Notes under the pieces: model-generated
What the model was told of the DNA's origin: nothing
Database searches by the model: none
What the model saw: only the letters and a program-made list of their open reading frames with translations
Made by a program: the position numbers and the translations under genes
NCBI GenBank assembly: GCA_030704615.1
Contig: CM060731.1
Span: 35,278,001-35,342,000 of the forward strand
Direction: 5' to 3'
DNA from: Takakia lepidozioides
Taxonomy: Eukaryota; Plantae; Bryophyta
DNA: 64,000 nucleotides
Part shown: positions 61,615 through 64,000 of the stretch, piece after piece
How positions within the stretch are numbered: the stretch's first letter is position 1
How the letters are laid out: every line of letters begins with the position of its first letter

Positions 61615-63385
61615 CACAATACCCTCGTGGACATGTATGCCAATTAATGTTGGAGGCATTTCAACAGATTCAGATACGTTTGTTTGTCTCTTGCTTAAGT
61701 GCATCAAGATGAAAGGTCTGGAAGCTATGTGTACTCTGCGAAGGGGTGAAGCCCAACCACATCATCTTAGTTTGTGTTTGCAATGCGTGTGCAAGCTTGG
61801 GAGCCTTGGAAAAGGGGAAAGAGGTCCATGGTGACATCATCAAAGCTGGAATTGTACCCGATGTTATTCTGAACAATGCCCTCGTGGACATGTATGCCAA
61901 ATGTGGGAGCATCGAGGATGCGAAGGCAGTGTTCAACTATATCGCTGAATGAAATGTGGTGTTGTGGAACGCAATGCTTGCAGGGTATGCACAGCAGGGG
62001 CGTGGGATGGAGGCTTTGGAGACCTATGAGCAAATGATAGGGGAAGGGGTGAAGCCCGACCATATCACGTCTGTGTGTTTGCAAGCCTGGCAGCCCTGGA
62101 AATGAGCGAAGGGGTGCATGGTTGCATCGCAAAAGCAGGAGTTGGTGAGAAGAATGATGAAGGTCAGAGGGGTTAGAAAGGAGCCAGGTCGCTGCTGCAT
62201 TGAGATTTGCAACAGGGTGCACACCTTCGCTGTAGATGACAGGTTGCATCCCAGAATTAAGGAAATCATGCTGAGCTGAGAAGATTGTCTGGGCAGATGA
62301 AAGGAGGCGGGGTATGTGCCTGACACGTGCTTTGTATTTCATGATGTGGGGAAGGAGGAAAATGAATTTTCTCTTTGCCACCACAGTGAGAAGCTGGCCA
62401 TTGGTTTTGGGCTGATCAGGTTTGTGTGTGTTTGCAGTGCGTGTGCAAGCCTGGCAGCCCTGGAGAAGGGCAAAAAGGTGCATGGTTGCATTGCCAAAGC
62501 TGGAATTGTACCAGATGTGATTCTGAACAATACCCTCATGGACATGGATGCCAAATGTGGGAGGATGCGGAGGGAGTGTTCTTGCTTGCAGGATATGCCA
62601 GCAGGGGCGCAGGATGGAGGCCTTGGAGACCTATGAACAAATGCTGGGGAAAAGGTGAAGTGCAACCACATCACGTTTGTGTGCGTTGGCAATGCTTGTG
62701 CAAGCCTGACAGCCCTGGAAAAGGGAAAAGTGTGGGTCCAGATTCAGCAGCAGCGGCACAATTCATAAAATCAGGCACTGCTAATGAAGACACCTTCTTC
62801 AAAACATTTCACCCTGTTTTCCCCTCTTATCGAAATCGTCCTTAAATTTTCATGTTCATTTCTGCAAGTTACTGGTTGAGTAAACCTTTGATAGTTTGCT
62901 GAGATGTGGTGTCGTGGAACTCGATGCTTGCAGGGTATGCACAGCAGGGGCACTGGATGAGGCTTTGGCACCAGATGTTGTGTTTGGCACACTATGTAAA
63001 TCCACTAAGACCAGGGAGTAGTCGAGCAGCTCAGTCTGAACCCTTTCCTAGTGCCAACAAACTCTGATGTGGATTCACGCCAAGAAAGGTCTGGAAGCTG
63101 GAAAGCAGGTGCACACTCACAAACATCGCAGGGTATGCACAGCAGGGACGTGGGATGGTGGATTTGGAGACCTATAATCAAATTATGGGGGAAGGGGTGA
63201 AGCCCAACCACATCATGTTTTTGTGTGATTGCAATGCTTGTGCAAGCCTGGCAGCCCTGGAAAAGGTCAAAAGAGGTCTATGGTGACATTGTCAAAGCTG
63301 GAATTGTACCAGATGTCATTCTGAACTCTGCCCTGGTGGACATGTATGCCCAATGTGGGTGCATTGAGGATGCAAAGCAAGGAAC
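61615..63385 (+). pseudogene. Scrambled mosaic of PPR, DYW and PDF-exon fragments
   Basis: L/S/P pieces, a partial DYW at 62150-62418 (KEPGRCCIE...HSEKLAI) followed by more PPR pieces, and a piece at 62730-62900 homologous to 4270-4525. Confidence 0.85.
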
Positions 63386-63754
63386 TTATGTGTACTCTGT
63401 TTATGTACTGGGTGTGGCAGGGAGGCTTTGGAGATTGTGAATGGGTGATGCCTGGTAGGTGAATGTCATGTGTATTCTGATGCCTTTGCCAGTCTTTGAG
63501 CACTGAAAAAGTGCAGATGGATCTGTATGTATTTGTAAGCCTATAAGTTCTGATGTGAGGTTCTCTGGTTTTATGACAGGAACAAAACAATTGTGATCAG
63601 GAAGTGAAGGGCCATCTCCTATTGGAATTCCTCAATCAACATAGCTGGGCCTGAATAAAACATCAATGGACTAGGCCTTTCGTCTTCACTAGGCGTTGCT
63701 GCTAAAAAAATTCTATGTTTTTTTTTTTTTCCATGGGAATAACTTATGACCAAG

Positions 63755-63910
63755 AGTCAGTAGCTCAGTTGGTAAAGTGCACTGAGCGCCATCCGGATGA
63801 TCCTGGGGTCAAATCCTGCTACTTGACGGGTGTGGTATACTCTCCTCCTCCTCCTCTGCGCAGTGTCGCATCAGAAAGCCTTACGGCGAGGTTACTAAGA
63901 GGTTATTTTC
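63755..63910 (+). mobile_element. tRNA-derived SINE, copy 2
   Basis: TAGCTCAGTTGG ... CTGGGGTCAAATCCTGCTACTTGACGGGTGTGGTAT ... CATCAGAAAGCCTTACGGCGAGGTTAC, shared with the copy at 16209. Confidence 0.75.
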
Positions 63911-64000
63911 TCGTCTCTCTCTATCAGGTGTTTATTTTTTAAATTATTATTTTTTAAAATTATTATTTTTTTAAATTATGAAATTAACGCCAGCGTGTCA

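Overview
Nuclear genomic DNA of a land plant with spliceosomal introns; PPR style and TE content suggest a non-seed plant, probably a bryophyte (inference). Seven genes look intact, with exons reconstructed by hand: a chloroplast-type DUF21/CBS (CNNM-like) protein (+, 16 exons), DEAH-box helicase RID1/DEAH10 (+, 13 exons), a CUSTOS-like protein (-), two tandem tropinone-reductase-like SDRs (-), a small zinc-ribbon protein (-) and mitochondrial HPPK-DHPS (+). Pseudogenes are a third SDR copy, a BAHD acyltransferase, a PLS-E-DYW PPR gene, two scrambled PPR mosaics and a processed AGO1 3' fragment not evident in the ORF track. TEs include CACTA, a 5'-truncated Ty3/Gypsy with an extra 3' ORF region, hAT and MULE-type non-autonomous elements with TSDs, LINE 3' ends, a tRNA-derived SINE and a Helentron-like endonuclease piece. 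The most notable signal is a family of PPR-DYW editing-factor genes carrying OSB-type PDF (ssDNA-binding) motifs at the N-terminus; here it is seen only as five decayed copies, one of them in frame with the PPR-DYW array.
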